Positions 1 through 9,769 are shown, numbered from the stretch's first letter. The stretch: 64,000 nucleotides of DNA from Methanobacteriota archaeon (GCA_017885605.1 JAFNFT010000071.1:85519-149518), one strand, 5' to 3'. Notes: a model not told the origin generated them from the sequence alone. A program made the numbers and translations.

Positions 1-2
1 TA

Positions 3-830
3 ACGCTGTACCCTTTCTCCTTTACAGAATGCCTTCTCTTACACAACATCCAACCAAAAAACCCCGTTCTTCTCACTAATGAAAGAGCACAACTGAAAAA
101 AGAATTCAATACCTATCTTGAAAAAGGTGGTTTCCCTGAATATAGACTTTACAACAATAATCAGATGCTTAAAGACCTGTACGAGAACATCCTCTATCGA
201 GACGTCATTGCGAGATACCATATCGCAAATGAAAAAACACTCAAAGAGCTCTCCTTTTATTTGTTTTCAAACTATGGAAAAGAAATCAGTTACAATCAAC
301 TGAAAAACCTTCTGAAAACAGGTTCCGCAAACACGATAAAAAATTATATTGAATACCTTGAAAACGCCTATCTTGTATTTTCCGTTCCAAAGTACGATCC
401 CTCTGTTAAAAAACAAATCTATTCTAAAAAGAAAATATATGCTATTGATACGGGACTCATCAATTGTATCTCCTTTCAATTTTCAAAAAATATGGGAAGA
501 ATCCTCGAAAACACGGTGTTCCTTGAATTAAAAAGAAAAAACAAGGATATCTACTATTACAAAAATAAATACGAATGCGATTTTGTCATTACGGACAATC
601 GCACGATAACACAAGCAATACAAGTTACTCAAGAAGTAAACGATACAAATAAAGAAAGAGAAACAAAAGGACTCTTTGAAGTGTTAAAAAAGTTTAACCT
701 ACCATGTGGATTGATTCTCACCTACGATCAAGAAGAAGAAATGACGTATGAAAAGAAAAAAATTTTCATACAACCGGTATGGAAATGGCTGCTTGAAAAA
801 GAGCCACAAGAGATGAAAGCCCATATCTAA
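3..830 (+). CDS. AAA+ ATPase family protein, C-terminal part (DUF4143-like); 5-prime truncated by window edge
   Basis: Open frame runs from nt 3 with no stop, so the listed M at 165 is internal. The C-terminal region looks like the archaeal DUF4143-containing ATPase family. There is no Walker A in the visible part, consistent with the N-terminus lying upstream of the window. Confidence 0.45.
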   Translation, partial: TLYPFSFTECLLLHNIQPKNPVLLTNERAQLKKEFNTYLEKGGFPEYRLYNNNQMLKDLYENILYRDVIARYHIANEKTLKELSFYLFSNYGKEISYNQLKNLLKTGSANTIKNYIEYLENAYLVFSVPKYDPSVKKQIYSKKKIYAIDTGLINCISFQFSKNMGRILENTVFLELKRKNKDIYYYKNKYECDFVITDNRTITQAIQVTQEVNDTNKERETKGLFEVLKKFNLPCGLILTYDQEEEMTYEKKKIFIQPVWKWLLEKEPQEMKAHI

Positions 831-1281
831 GCGACAACGAACTCTGCCGTATAGAGGCTTCTTTTCCAGGGGTGGATGAATCTTATTGCTTCATGTGTAA
901 TCAGCATAGAAGTCTTTGCTATCCTCTTTTCGATTGAGAAAAAAAAAGATAAAATGTACCACGTGTTTGTTGGAAAGAATGAAACAATGTTTTGTCTTCT
1001 TTTTGTTATGTTAATGTCTTTATTAGTGCTCATTTAGTGTTTCATCATCCGTGACGCTTGATAGGAGATGATTTTGGCGATAGAATTCAGAGGGAGAACA
1101 AAAAGAATGAGAAGGAATGCCGTAGCATAAACTATTATTGCGAGCGCTGGGTATTTTGTTCCGAGTTGAAAGTAGGTTCTTATCAAGATTGGAAATCGTT
1201 CGTTTTTTAGAATGGCTATACTCGATTTCTTCCGCAGATATTATATACCTAAAAAATTATTCACCTGTGGCAATTACGATA

Positions 1282-1299
1282 GTAATTGTTAACAATTAC
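1282..1299. promoter_or_regulatory. Perfect 18-bp palindrome gtaattgttaacaattac (overlapped by a caattac-N4-gtaattg inverted repeat at 1271-1289) ~55 bp upstream of the histidine kinase start
   Basis: Read directly; its own reverse complement. Lies in the 520-bp intergenic region before the 1354 gene. Candidate operator. Confidence 0.35.
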
Positions 1300-1353
1300 G
1301 TATTTACCTTACTTGGATGGGATGCTATACGAACTATAAATTAGCGACTCTAA

Positions 1354-3321
1354 TTGGCGGAGAATTTATCACTAAGATGTTTTGGATGGGGATATTTAAT
1401 GCAGAATGTTACTGACCTCGAGCAGCAGACAGAACGAACCGTTCAGGATGCTCGTGAATACGCTGGAAGCATTGTAGAGACGCTCCGAGAGCCTTTGATA
1501 GTGCTTGATGCTGACTTAAAAGTAATCTCAGCTAATCGTTCCTTTTACCAGACCTTTAAAACGAAACCCGAGGAGACTGAGGGGAAATTGGTCTACGACA
1601 TAGGTAATCAGCAATGGAATATTCCAAAGCTCCGAGAGCTTTTGGAGGAGATTTTACCCAAGAATACTTCTTTCGACAACTTTGAGGTTGAGCATGATTT
1701 TCCTCATCTTGGTAAACGAATAATGCTCTTGAATGCTCGATTGGTACCCCAGCCGCCAGCAAAACCCCGAATAATGCTTCTTGCTATTGAGGATATCACA
1801 GAACGCAAGCAGGTTGAACAAATAGCCAACGATGCTCGTGAATACGCTGAAAGCATTGTAGAGACGCTCCGAGAGCCTTTGATAGTGCTTGATGCTGACT
1901 TAAAAGTAATCTCAGCTAATCGTACTTTTTACCAGACCTTTAAAACGAAACCCGAGGAGACTGAGGGGAAATTGGTCTACGATATAGGTAACCAGCAATG
2001 GAATATTCCAAAGCTCCGAGAGCTTTTGGAGGAGATTTTACCCAAGAATACTTCTTTCGACAACTTTGAGGTTGAGCATGATTTTCCTCATCTTGGTAAA
2101 CGAATAATGCTCTTGAATGCTCGATTGTTACCCCAGCCGCCAGCAAAACCCCGAATAATGCTTCTTGCTATTGAGGATATCACAGAGCGTAAATGGGCGG
2201 AGGCGCTGAGGACTTCGGAGATCCGGTATCGTCGGCTCTTTGAGTCGGCCAAAGACGGAATTATAATCCTCGATGCTGAGACCGGGATGATTGTAGACGC
2301 GAATCCGTTCTTAATTGAGATGTTGGGTTACTCAAAAGAACAGTTCCTGGGAAAGTCAATCTGGGAAATGGGGCTTCTCAAGGGTATCGTCACCAACAAA
2401 GACAAATTCATGGAATTGCAACGACAGGAATATGTCCGCTACGAGGATTTGCCGCTGAAAACCGCCGATGGGCGCCGTATCGAGGTGGAGTTCGTCAGTA
2501 ACGTCTATGTAGTGGACCACCAGAAGGTAATCCAGTGCAACATCCGGGACATCACCGAACGTAAGCAGATGGAACATAAACTTAATGAAGCGTATCAAAA
2601 AATCAAAACACATACCAAGGAACTTGAGATGATCAACGAAAATCTGGACAGTTTTGCATATTCTGTCTCTCATGATCTTCGCACACCACTTCGGGCTATA
2701 AGTGGCTTCGCCCAAGTGTTAAAAGATACACACGGCGATAAAATCGACGAGGAGATGCGACATTATCTAAACAGAATTAGTGAAGGCGCTCAAAAAATGG
2801 GCCAATTAATCGATGATCTCCTCGGTTTCTCAAGGGCTACCCGGAGCGAGATAAAATATAAGACGATAAATGTTGAAAATATCGTTAATGATCTCGTAAA
2901 GGCATATCGTGATGTCGAACCGGATAGGGACATTGAATTTATTGTGAATCCATTAGGGGAAGTTGAAGCAGATAAAGAAATGCTAAAGGTTGTTTTTTCT
3001 AATCTTCTGCAAAATGCAGTTAAATTCACTATCGATCGGAAAAAGGCTCGTATTGAGATTGGAAGCGAGCAGAAAGAGGATCATATTCAATTTTATGTTA
3101 AAGATAACGGTATAGGTTTTGATATGAAATATAAAGATAAATTGTTCGTTGCCTTCCAGCGGATCCAAACAGATCAAAGGTTCACGGGTACTGGAATAGG
3201 TCTTACAACCGTGAAAAGGATAGTAACCAAACATGGCGGAAATATATGGGCCAATGGAGAGGTTGATAAAGGAGCAGAATTCTATTTTACTCTGCCTTCC
3301 AAGACGCATGTAAAAGATTGA
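1354..3321 (+). CDS. Cytoplasmic sensor histidine kinase with two tandem-duplicated PAS-like modules, a third PAS, HisKA and HATPase_c
   Basis: H-box VSHDLRTPLRAISGFAQVL and G-box region GTGIGLTTVKRIV...HGGNIWANGEVDKGAEFYFTLP. Three DITERK PAS linkers. No TM segment. Alternative start ATG at 1399. Confidence 0.9.
   Translation: MAENLSLRCFGWGYLMQNVTDLEQQTERTVQDAREYAGSIVETLREPLIVLDADLKVISANRSFYQTFKTKPEETEGKLVYDIGNQQWNIPKLRELLEEILPKNTSFDNFEVEHDFPHLGKRIMLLNARLVPQPPAKPRIMLLAIEDITERKQVEQIANDAREYAESIVETLREPLIVLDADLKVISANRTFYQTFKTKPEETEGKLVYDIGNQQWNIPKLRELLEEILPKNTSFDNFEVEHDFPHLGKRIMLLNARLLPQPPAKPRIMLLAIEDITERKWAEALRTSEIRYRRLFESAKDGIIILDAETGMIVDANPFLIEMLGYSKEQFLGKSIWEMGLLKGIVTNKDKFMELQRQEYVRYEDLPLKTADGRRIEVEFVSNVYVVDHQKVIQCNIRDITERKQMEHKLNEAYQKIKTHTKELEMINENLDSFAYSVSHDLRTPLRAISGFAQVLKDTHGDKIDEEMRHYLNRISEGAQKMGQLIDDLLGFSRATRSEIKYKTINVENIVNDLVKAYRDVEPDRDIEFIVNPLGEVEADKEMLKVVFSNLLQNAVKFTIDRKKARIEIGSEQKEDHIQFYVKDNGIGFDMKYKDKLFVAFQRIQTDQRFTGTGIGLTTVKRIVTKHGGNIWANGEVDKGAEFYFTLPSKTHVKD
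1447..2190 (+). repeat. Near-perfect tandem duplication, 384-bp unit x ~1.9, in frame, duplicating one 128-aa PAS-like module
   Basis: Copy 1 starts at 1447 (gatgctcgtgaatacgctggaagc) and copy 2 at 1831 (gatgctcgtgaatacgctgaaagc). I count only about six substitutions by eye over ~360 bp. The antisense ORFs 1556-1762 and 1940-2146 are near-identical shadows of it. Confidence 0.9.
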
Positions 3322-3351
3322 AAAATGATGTAAAAAAGGTTGTAATAAAGT

Positions 3352-3795
3352 GTGGTAAAAATGGACAAAGAAATAGAAATATTACTGGTAGAAGATAATG
3401 CTACTGATGAAGAATTAGCAACAATCGCATTAAAAAAACACAATATAAAAAATAAACTAAAAATAGCGAGAGATGGCGTAGAGGCCCTGGAATATCTTTT
3501 TGGCTCTGTTGATAGTGAAACGCTTAAATGTTTTGGTCCATTGGTGATTCTTCTTGATCTCAAGTTACCCCGGATAAATGGACTTGAGGTGTTAAGAAGA
3601 ATAAAGTCGCATCCAGAAGCAAAAAAAATACCTGTTGTAATATTGACATCATCCAGTGAAGAGAAAGATATATTGGAATCTTATCAACTCGGTGCAAACA
3701 GCTATATTCGTAAACCTGTGGATTTTAACCAATTTGAAGAAGCGATAAATCAGATTGGTTTGTATTGGTTGGTGCTGAATAAGCAATCTTCGTAG
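3352..3795 (+). CDS. Single-domain response regulator (CheY-like receiver)
   Basis: Matches the receiver-domain D-D-K pattern: LLVEDNATDEEL ... VILLDLKLPRINGLEV ... ILTSS...IRKPV. Probable true start is ATG at 3361. Directly downstream of the histidine kinase. Confidence 0.85.
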   Translation: MVKMDKEIEILLVEDNATDEELATIALKKHNIKNKLKIARDGVEALEYLFGSVDSETLKCFGPLVILLDLKLPRINGLEVLRRIKSHPEAKKIPVVILTSSSEEKDILESYQLGANSYIRKPVDFNQFEEAINQIGLYWLVLNKQSS

Positions 3796-3965
3796 GTACA
3801 AATCTATGAAAAATCGATTCCAAGAGCTGCTGAACTCTTCGATAAAGAAGTTGCTGGGGACGAAGTGCATTGCAAAATGCAGGGCAATGAAAAATGTCTA
3901 TTTAGAATCATGGAGCAAAAAGAATCGGAGGAAAAAACAAGAGAAAGAATCAAAAAGATGTTGAA

Positions 3966-4535
3966 ATGAAAACAGAACAAATAGAGAAGATAAAAAATGC
4001 ATTCAACGATTTACCAGAACACTGGCTATTACTATTCTTAATTAACGCCGAAGATTATCTGGAGAAAAATATAGCAATCCTAAACGAAGTATTAAAACAA
4101 GAAGACGTTGTTGGTGTTTATGTCACCTTAAACCGACCTTATTCAGTGTTAATAAAAATTTTAGAGAAAAACAACATCAATACAGACAAATTATTCTTCA
4201 TAGACTGTATAACAAAAACATTAGGACTGGAAAGAGAAGAAAAGAAATGTTTATTTTTAGAAAATCCACAGAATTTGACAAATATTGCAATAGCAATAGA
4301 TGAAATCATGAGTGCGATACCAGCAAAGAATAAATCGCTGTTTGTTGACCCTATGAGCACATTGTTGATTTATAACAGGGTTGAAACTGTTTCAAAGTTT
4401 CTACATGTTCTCACAGGAAAGATACGGGTTTTGAATTTAAACGGGGTTCTACTTTCTGCAGAGAAAGAACTTGATCCTGAATTCGCAGATCAATTGGAGC
4501 AATTTGTTGACAAAACAGTAGATTTAAGCAAATAA
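3966..4535 (+). CDS. DUF835-like protein (paralog 1 of 4 free-standing copies)
   Basis: C-terminal SLFVDPMSTLLIYNRVETVSKFLHVLTGKIRVLNLNGVLLS...EKELDPEF matches my recollection of the DUF835 consensus (…vlLDglEYLllhNgFe.vlkFlh.l.d.....n..lli.idp.al.e.e...L). FIDCIT is a Walker-B-like strand. No Walker A. Confidence 0.5.
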   Translation: MKTEQIEKIKNAFNDLPEHWLLLFLINAEDYLEKNIAILNEVLKQEDVVGVYVTLNRPYSVLIKILEKNNINTDKLFFIDCITKTLGLEREEKKCLFLENPQNLTNIAIAIDEIMSAIPAKNKSLFVDPMSTLLIYNRVETVSKFLHVLTGKIRVLNLNGVLLSAEKELDPEFADQLEQFVDKTVDLSK

Positions 4536-4586
4536 AATATGAATAAGAGAAAGATGCAAAAAAATTATTGTTGATGGTGTTGTAAG

Positions 4587-5141
4587 GTGCAGGAAGAAAT
4601 TGTAACTATTGATAAAAAAATGATTGAACTTAAAAATTATGAAAGTGTTTTAATAATTGAGAATGTGAAATCCTTACGGGCAACAGTAAATGAAATTTTA
4701 AAAACTCTTCAAGATAAACCTATTATTTACCTTAATTTAACTACTACATATAATTCATTAGTATCAAATTTAAAAAAGGATGGGCTAAAGATAGATAATA
4801 TTCTATTTATTGACTGCATTACACAGTTAGCTGGAGGTACTGTCAGTGATCAAGAGAATGTTTTATTTATTAAAGAGCCAAATGATTTAACCAGTTTAGG
4901 AATCGCGATCTCTCAATTTTTTGAAAACATACTTGGTGAGAAATGGCTTGTTTTATATGGTTTTAGTATTTTTAAAATTTACAATAAAGAAGATATTGTT
5001 TTAAGGTTCATTCAATCTATTTTTGAAAATGCCTCAATGAATAATGCAAAAATTGTTATTTTATCGACGCAAGTAAAGAATGATAGTCTAATTAAAAAAA
5101 TGGCTCATTTTTTTGAAAAAGTTGTTATGGAAATTGAGTAA
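4587..5141 (+). CDS. DUF835-like protein (paralog 2)
   Basis: Same length class and motifs as 3966 (IYLNLTTTYNSL..., ILFIDCITQLAG, LVLYGFSIF..., KIVILS). Preceded by an SD-like gtaaggtg. More divergent than the others. Confidence 0.4.
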   Translation: MQEEIVTIDKKMIELKNYESVLIIENVKSLRATVNEILKTLQDKPIIYLNLTTTYNSLVSNLKKDGLKIDNILFIDCITQLAGGTVSDQENVLFIKEPNDLTSLGIAISQFFENILGEKWLVLYGFSIFKIYNKEDIVLRFIQSIFENASMNNAKIVILSTQVKNDSLIKKMAHFFEKVVMEIE

Positions 5142-5143
5142 AA

Positions 5144-6337
5144 ATGACGCAAGAAAAGAGTGAACAAAATATTGAGCGCTTGGAATTACGGAATAAGGAG
5201 AAAGCAGAATTACTACACAAGAAGCTAGATGAAAAACAAGCAAAACAGCAAGCAAAGCAGAAAGAGCGGGACGCAAAAAGACTAGCAAAAGAACATGAAG
5301 AGAAGTTACGATTAGAGCGATTAGAATTACGCATGAATGAGAAAGCAGAATTACTACACAAGAAGCTGGATGAAAAACAAGCAAGATGGGAAGCGAAGGA
5401 GAGGGGGCGGGAGGAGGAAAGACGCGCAAAGGCGGAACTGAAATCGAAGCAGCGCATACTTGCCTTAAAAGAACTTGAATGGAGGACAAAGGAAAAAGAA
5501 GAACGTATACAAAAAAAGATTGAAGAAAAAAAAGCAAAACAGGAAGAAAAAGAAAAACAACATCGTCTCAAAGAACGTGAAGAGAAATCACGGTTAAAAC
5601 AGGTAGAAATACAAGAGGAAAAAGAGAAACAGAAAAAATTGGAAGAGAAACTTGCAAAACGAGACGCAAAGGAAAAAGAACATGAAGCAATAAGACGTGA
5701 AAAAGAAGAGGAAAGAAGAAAGCAGCAAATTCTTTCTATGAAAGAAATGGAAATAAAAGAAAACGAAAAGGAAGAACAAAAACAGAAACATGTTAAGGAA
5801 AAAAGAGAAAGACTACATTTAAGTGAACTTGATTTCGGAAAAGCAAAAGATGATGGGGCTATAGAAGAACGTAAAAAAGCGGAAAAAATAAAAAATACGA
5901 TGTCTTTAGTAAGAATTGCCGCAGAAGAAAAAGAACTCCGTAAAACCAAAGTTTTTGAACGAAAGATGAAAAAAGAGATGAAAAAAAATGAAAAAGAAGA
6001 ACAAAAATTCAAAATGAAGGAAGAGATGAATGCGAGGAAAAAAATGGCTGTACATATACAAGAAGAAATCATTAAGGGAAAAATCAGTGGTCAAAAAGAA
6101 AGGAGTGATGCATTCGTTGCATTTGATGGTATTGATGAAGAAACCGCGATTTATCTCTTCGAGAATGGATATAACACAGTAGAAAAATTGCGACAGACAA
6201 CGGTTAAAGATCTTATGAAAATTGGTTTAAGGAAAAAAATTGCCCAAAGGATAGTTGCTGAATGTGAAGAATTTGTTGAATGGGACGTGTATGACGCTGA
6301 TGAATATACTACGAGAAAATCCGATACACTACTCTGA
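5144..6337 (+). CDS. Lys/Glu-rich coiled-coil protein with a C-terminal helix-hairpin-helix (RadA/Rad51 N-terminal-like) domain
   Basis: About 300 aa of KEKxELxxKK heptad-like charged repeats, including an internal near-repeat ERLELRNKEKAELLHKKLDEKQA at aa 12 and aa 58 (nt ~5180 and ~5318). C-terminal GIDEETAIYLFENGYNTVEKLRQTTVKDLMKIGLRKKIAQRIV resembles a HhH pair. Its start is 3 nt after the 4587 gene's stop. Confidence 0.55.
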   Translation: MTQEKSEQNIERLELRNKEKAELLHKKLDEKQAKQQAKQKERDAKRLAKEHEEKLRLERLELRMNEKAELLHKKLDEKQARWEAKERGREEERRAKAELKSKQRILALKELEWRTKEKEERIQKKIEEKKAKQEEKEKQHRLKEREEKSRLKQVEIQEEKEKQKKLEEKLAKRDAKEKEHEAIRREKEEERRKQQILSMKEMEIKENEKEEQKQKHVKEKRERLHLSELDFGKAKDDGAIEERKKAEKIKNTMSLVRIAAEEKELRKTKVFERKMKKEMKKNEKEEQKFKMKEEMNARKKMAVHIQEEIIKGKISGQKERSDAFVAFDGIDEETAIYLFENGYNTVEKLRQTTVKDLMKIGLRKKIAQRIVAECEEFVEWDVYDADEYTTRKSDTLL

Positions 6338-6409
6338 ACCCATAGAGGTTTCACCCGATATAAAAAGAGGTATTTGTAAAGTAAAATTTATATGCGATCA
6401 AACTATTCG

Positions 6410-6440
6410 TAATTTATATGTAATTTATATGTAATGTGTA
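6410..6440. promoter_or_regulatory. Direct repeat cgtaatttatatgtaatttatatgtaatgtg (unit tatatgtaattta x2) ~140 bp upstream of the KaiC-histidine kinase gene; TATA-like
   Basis: Read directly. AT-rich tandem motif in the 237-bp intergenic region. Confidence 0.25.
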
Positions 6441-6574
6441 TTGTGAGCGGGTAAGATGGGATGCAAAAAAACAGTTTCAATTAAGATTAGATTAACAAGA
6501 ATGTTATATATCACTTTATTTGCAACTATAATTCCGTTAATTTCTTTCTTTAAAAAACAAATTGCTTTAGATTA

Positions 6575-9500
6575 TTGGTGAAGGAGATGCAAAACAAAAA
6601 AAATCTCAATCAATTTTCCCAACAGCATCAGAGTGTTGTTCAAGAAGTTGAACAAATATTACAGGAAAAAAAATACGTCATACCACCTGAAAAACTACTA
6701 TCGCTTGATAATAATTTCCCATCTGCATTCAATGTTTCTTTTACGGGTATAAAAGAGTTTGATCAACTTCTTGATGGCGGATTTACTAAGGGTTCAATTA
6801 TCTTGCTTGCCGGATCATCAGGAAGCGGCAAAACTATCTTTTCCTTCCAATGGCTTTTTGAAGGAATTAAAAACAATGAAAATGGAATCTATATCACTCT
6901 TACAGAACCGCTTTTCAAAACCTTAGAAAATCTTGAAAAACTAAGTTTTTACAATAAAGAAGCTATAGAAAATGAAAAATTGAGAATCGTTGATCTGCGG
7001 AAGATATATGAAAAGGAAGGTTTTGACCAGCAAAAAATCCTCGATTTTATTGAAAACGAGGTCAAACGAACAAATGCAAAACGACTATGCATTGATTCGA
7101 TTACCGCTATCGCGTATCAGCTTGATGATAGGGCCAAGATTAGAGCTTTTATATTTGCTCTAGGTACGACACTTGCAACACTCGGTTGCACAACTGTTTT
7201 AACCAGTGAAGTTTCTGAAATGAATAAATACTCTAAGTACGAAGTCGAGGAATTTATATCTGATGCAATTTTACGATTTGATCAAATTAAAGAAAAAGAC
7301 GAACCACAAAGAATAATACAGATAATCAAAGTGAGAGGGAGAAACCATAGGTCAGATGACATTTATTTCAAAATTACAAAGGATGGCATCACCGTTTTTC
7401 CTAAACTCAGGATTCCGCTTGAACATTTTTCTACGACAGAACGGATCTCGATGGGCATTTCTACGCTGGATGACATGTTAGGCGGAGGTATTTTTGTTGG
7501 TTCTTCTACACTCATAACTGGTTCGCCTGGAACCGGAAAATCTACGTTGGGTTTAAGTTTCCTTGCTGAGGGATTGAAAAATGGGGAGATGTGCCTGTAT
7601 GTTGGATTCGAAGAAAGTAAGAAACAAGTATTAAGAAACGCCAAAAATTTTGGATGGGATTTCGAGAAGTCCGAAAGAAATGGTCTTCTTGTCATGCGAT
7701 GTATTTATCCGAACGAAAAGCATCTTGAAGAACATCTAGCAGATATAAGAAAAATAGTGGAAGAAAAAAAAATTAAAAGATGTGTTGTTGACCCTCTCTC
7801 TGCCATTTCGAGTGCGTTCTCACCGGATGCATTTATAAGTTTTTCAAAACGACTTAATGGATATTTGAAAACTCGTGAGGTGACTCCTTTATTTACATCA
7901 ACCACAAACTCGCTCATAGGCAATACAAAAGATGTAGATTCGCATATTTCTACGATATCAGATAATATTATCTTGTTGCGTTATGTTGAAATGCAAGGTG
8001 ATGTACAGTTTGTAATAAACATTATCAAAATGAGAGGGAGTGAGCATAGCAAAAATCTAAGAATGTACAACATAACAGATAAGGGCTTAGTCGTCGGTAA
8101 AAGTCTCGAAGGTTATGAAGGTGTTACAACTGGTGTCAGTAAAAAAATTGCTGAACTCGAGAAAGAAGGTTTGGAACTTAAGGAAGTTATCAAGCAGAAA
8201 GAAATGGCGGAAAAGGTTCTGCGAGAGAGCGAGGAGAAATTTAGATTATTGTTTAATGACTCTCCTTTAGGTATTGCACTGGTAGATCCAGAAGGAATCA
8301 TTAAAGAAGTAAACAGCAGCTTACTTCAGCTGTTATCAATACGAAAAGAAGAATTTATCGGTAAAAACTTTGTTCAATTAATCTCAGTTTATGGTTTAGA
8401 TGTCCAAGAGCAAACCTCAGATTTCAAAAACAGAATTGCCGGAAAACCATCAAAAAGTGAAATAACATTTTTATCTAAAGACAACAAGAAAGCGACGATG
8501 ACGGTACAGAGTTCGATTATTAAAAGTAACGATGTAATAATTGGTGTTCTCTTCATTTTAGAAGACATCACCGAGCGTAAGCGGGTGGAGGGTATGCTAA
8601 GTGAGACGAATCAATACCTCGAAAACCTATTCAACTATGCAAATGCTCCTATCATCGTCTGGGATGCACAATTCGCAATCACCCGTTTCAATCATGCCTT
8701 CGAATCGTTGACCGGCCGGAGCGTGAAAGATGTTATCGGAAAAACTCTTGAAATTCTCTTTCCCCCAGACCTGGTGGAAAGTTCAATGGAACTAATTCGA
8801 AAAACGCGGGAAGGGAAACAATGGGAGGTGGTCGAGATTGATGTTCTGCATCTCGATGGATCAAGGAGGACCGTCCTCTGGAACTCAGCCAACCTTTTCG
8901 CCCCAGACAGTAAGACTCTCATCGCCACAATTGCGCAAGGTCAAGATATCACCAAACGCAAGCGAGCACTGGACGAATTGAAGGTAGCTAATGAAAAACT
9001 TAATCAAATAAAATCAGATTTTTTCGAAGTGACAACTCGCGAAATAAGATCGCCGTTAACTACAATAAAAGGATATATGGAAATGTTGTCAAATCGAACC
9101 TTTGGTGAAATAAATGATGAGCAAAAAAAATATCTTGATATAATGTTACGGAATACAAATCAGCTTGACAACCTTGTATCAGATCTTGTGGGCATTTCAA
9201 GCATTGAATCAGGGGATATGACTTTTACTTTGAAAAAAACGAGTATTAGTAAGATGGTGAATGAAGCAGTTGAAAAAATACAGTCATCTGCAGATGTAAA
9301 AAACATTGCAGTCAATGTAGAAATAGAGGATCAAATACCTGATTTAATCGTTGACCAAGATCGGATAAAACAAGTCCTTATAGATATACTCGGGTACACA
9401 ATAAAATTCTCACCAGATAAAACTACGGTTAATATGCGCGCAAAAAAACAAGAAACCGATGTTTTATTCGAGATTCAAGACCAAGGATTGAATATACCAA

Positions 9501-9769
9501 AGGATAAACAGAAAAAGATTTTTAAGGCGTTTTACCGAGCTGAAGAAGGTAAAAGTAAAGAATACTTAGGAGGCGGTATTAGACTTGCACTATCACGAGG
9601 TATTATCACCATTCATGGCGGCAAGATGTGGGTAGAAAGCGAGGATGAAAAGGGAAGTACATTTAGATTTACACTGCCAATAAAACCAGTTGATAATATT
9701 CAAACAAGATATAAAGAATCTGACATATTCGAATCAAAAAAAGATGATGAAAACATTGAAATTAATTAA
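6575..9769 (+). CDS. Fusion protein: two KaiC/RecA-like ATPase domains + coiled coil + 2 PAS + HisKA + HATPase_c (KaiC-histidine kinase)
   Basis: Walker A LLAGSSGSGKTIF (domain 1) and LITGSPGTGKSTLG (domain 2), with KaiC-like FDQLLDGGFTKGS and LDDMLGGGIFVGS leaders. EDITERK PAS linkers. H-box TTREIRSPLTTIKGYMEML. G2 region GGGIRLALSRGIITIHGGKMWVESEDEKGSTFRFTLP. Listed start is GTG; ATG at 6587 is more likely. Confidence 0.85.
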   Translation: MVKEMQNKKNLNQFSQQHQSVVQEVEQILQEKKYVIPPEKLLSLDNNFPSAFNVSFTGIKEFDQLLDGGFTKGSIILLAGSSGSGKTIFSFQWLFEGIKNNENGIYITLTEPLFKTLENLEKLSFYNKEAIENEKLRIVDLRKIYEKEGFDQQKILDFIENEVKRTNAKRLCIDSITAIAYQLDDRAKIRAFIFALGTTLATLGCTTVLTSEVSEMNKYSKYEVEEFISDAILRFDQIKEKDEPQRIIQIIKVRGRNHRSDDIYFKITKDGITVFPKLRIPLEHFSTTERISMGISTLDDMLGGGIFVGSSTLITGSPGTGKSTLGLSFLAEGLKNGEMCLYVGFEESKKQVLRNAKNFGWDFEKSERNGLLVMRCIYPNEKHLEEHLADIRKIVEEKKIKRCVVDPLSAISSAFSPDAFISFSKRLNGYLKTREVTPLFTSTTNSLIGNTKDVDSHISTISDNIILLRYVEMQGDVQFVINIIKMRGSEHSKNLRMYNITDKGLVVGKSLEGYEGVTTGVSKKIAELEKEGLELKEVIKQKEMAEKVLRESEEKFRLLFNDSPLGIALVDPEGIIKEVNSSLLQLLSIRKEEFIGKNFVQLISVYGLDVQEQTSDFKNRIAGKPSKSEITFLSKDNKKATMTVQSSIIKSNDVIIGVLFILEDITERKRVEGMLSETNQYLENLFNYANAPIIVWDAQFAITRFNHAFESLTGRSVKDVIGKTLEILFPPDLVESSMELIRKTREGKQWEVVEIDVLHLDGSRRTVLWNSANLFAPDSKTLIATIAQGQDITKRKRALDELKVANEKLNQIKSDFFEVTTREIRSPLTTIKGYMEMLSNRTFGEINDEQKKYLDIMLRNTNQLDNLVSDLVGISSIESGDMTFTLKKTSISKMVNEAVEKIQSSADVKNIAVNVEIEDQIPDLIVDQDRIKQVLIDILGYTIKFSPDKTTVNMRAKKQETDVLFEIQDQGLNIPKDKQKKIFKAFYRAEEGKSKEYLGGGIRLALSRGIITIHGGKMWVESEDEKGSTFRFTLPIKPVDNIQTRYKESDIFESKKDDENIEIN

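Noticed and set aside
1556-2146. Two near-identical 68-aa minus-strand ORFs (1556-1762 and 1940-2146)
   Set aside because: They are antisense to the two copies of the 384-bp tandem duplication inside the histidine kinase gene. Their identity merely mirrors the duplication.
5088-6094. Minus-strand ORFs (149, 315, 65 and 62 aa) rich in Ser/Phe/Cys/Leu, lying opposite the KE-rich gene
   Set aside because: They are the reverse complement of GAA/AAG-rich coding sequence (TTC/CTT codons), classic low-complexity antisense shadows. The plus-strand protein has coherent coiled-coil and HhH features.
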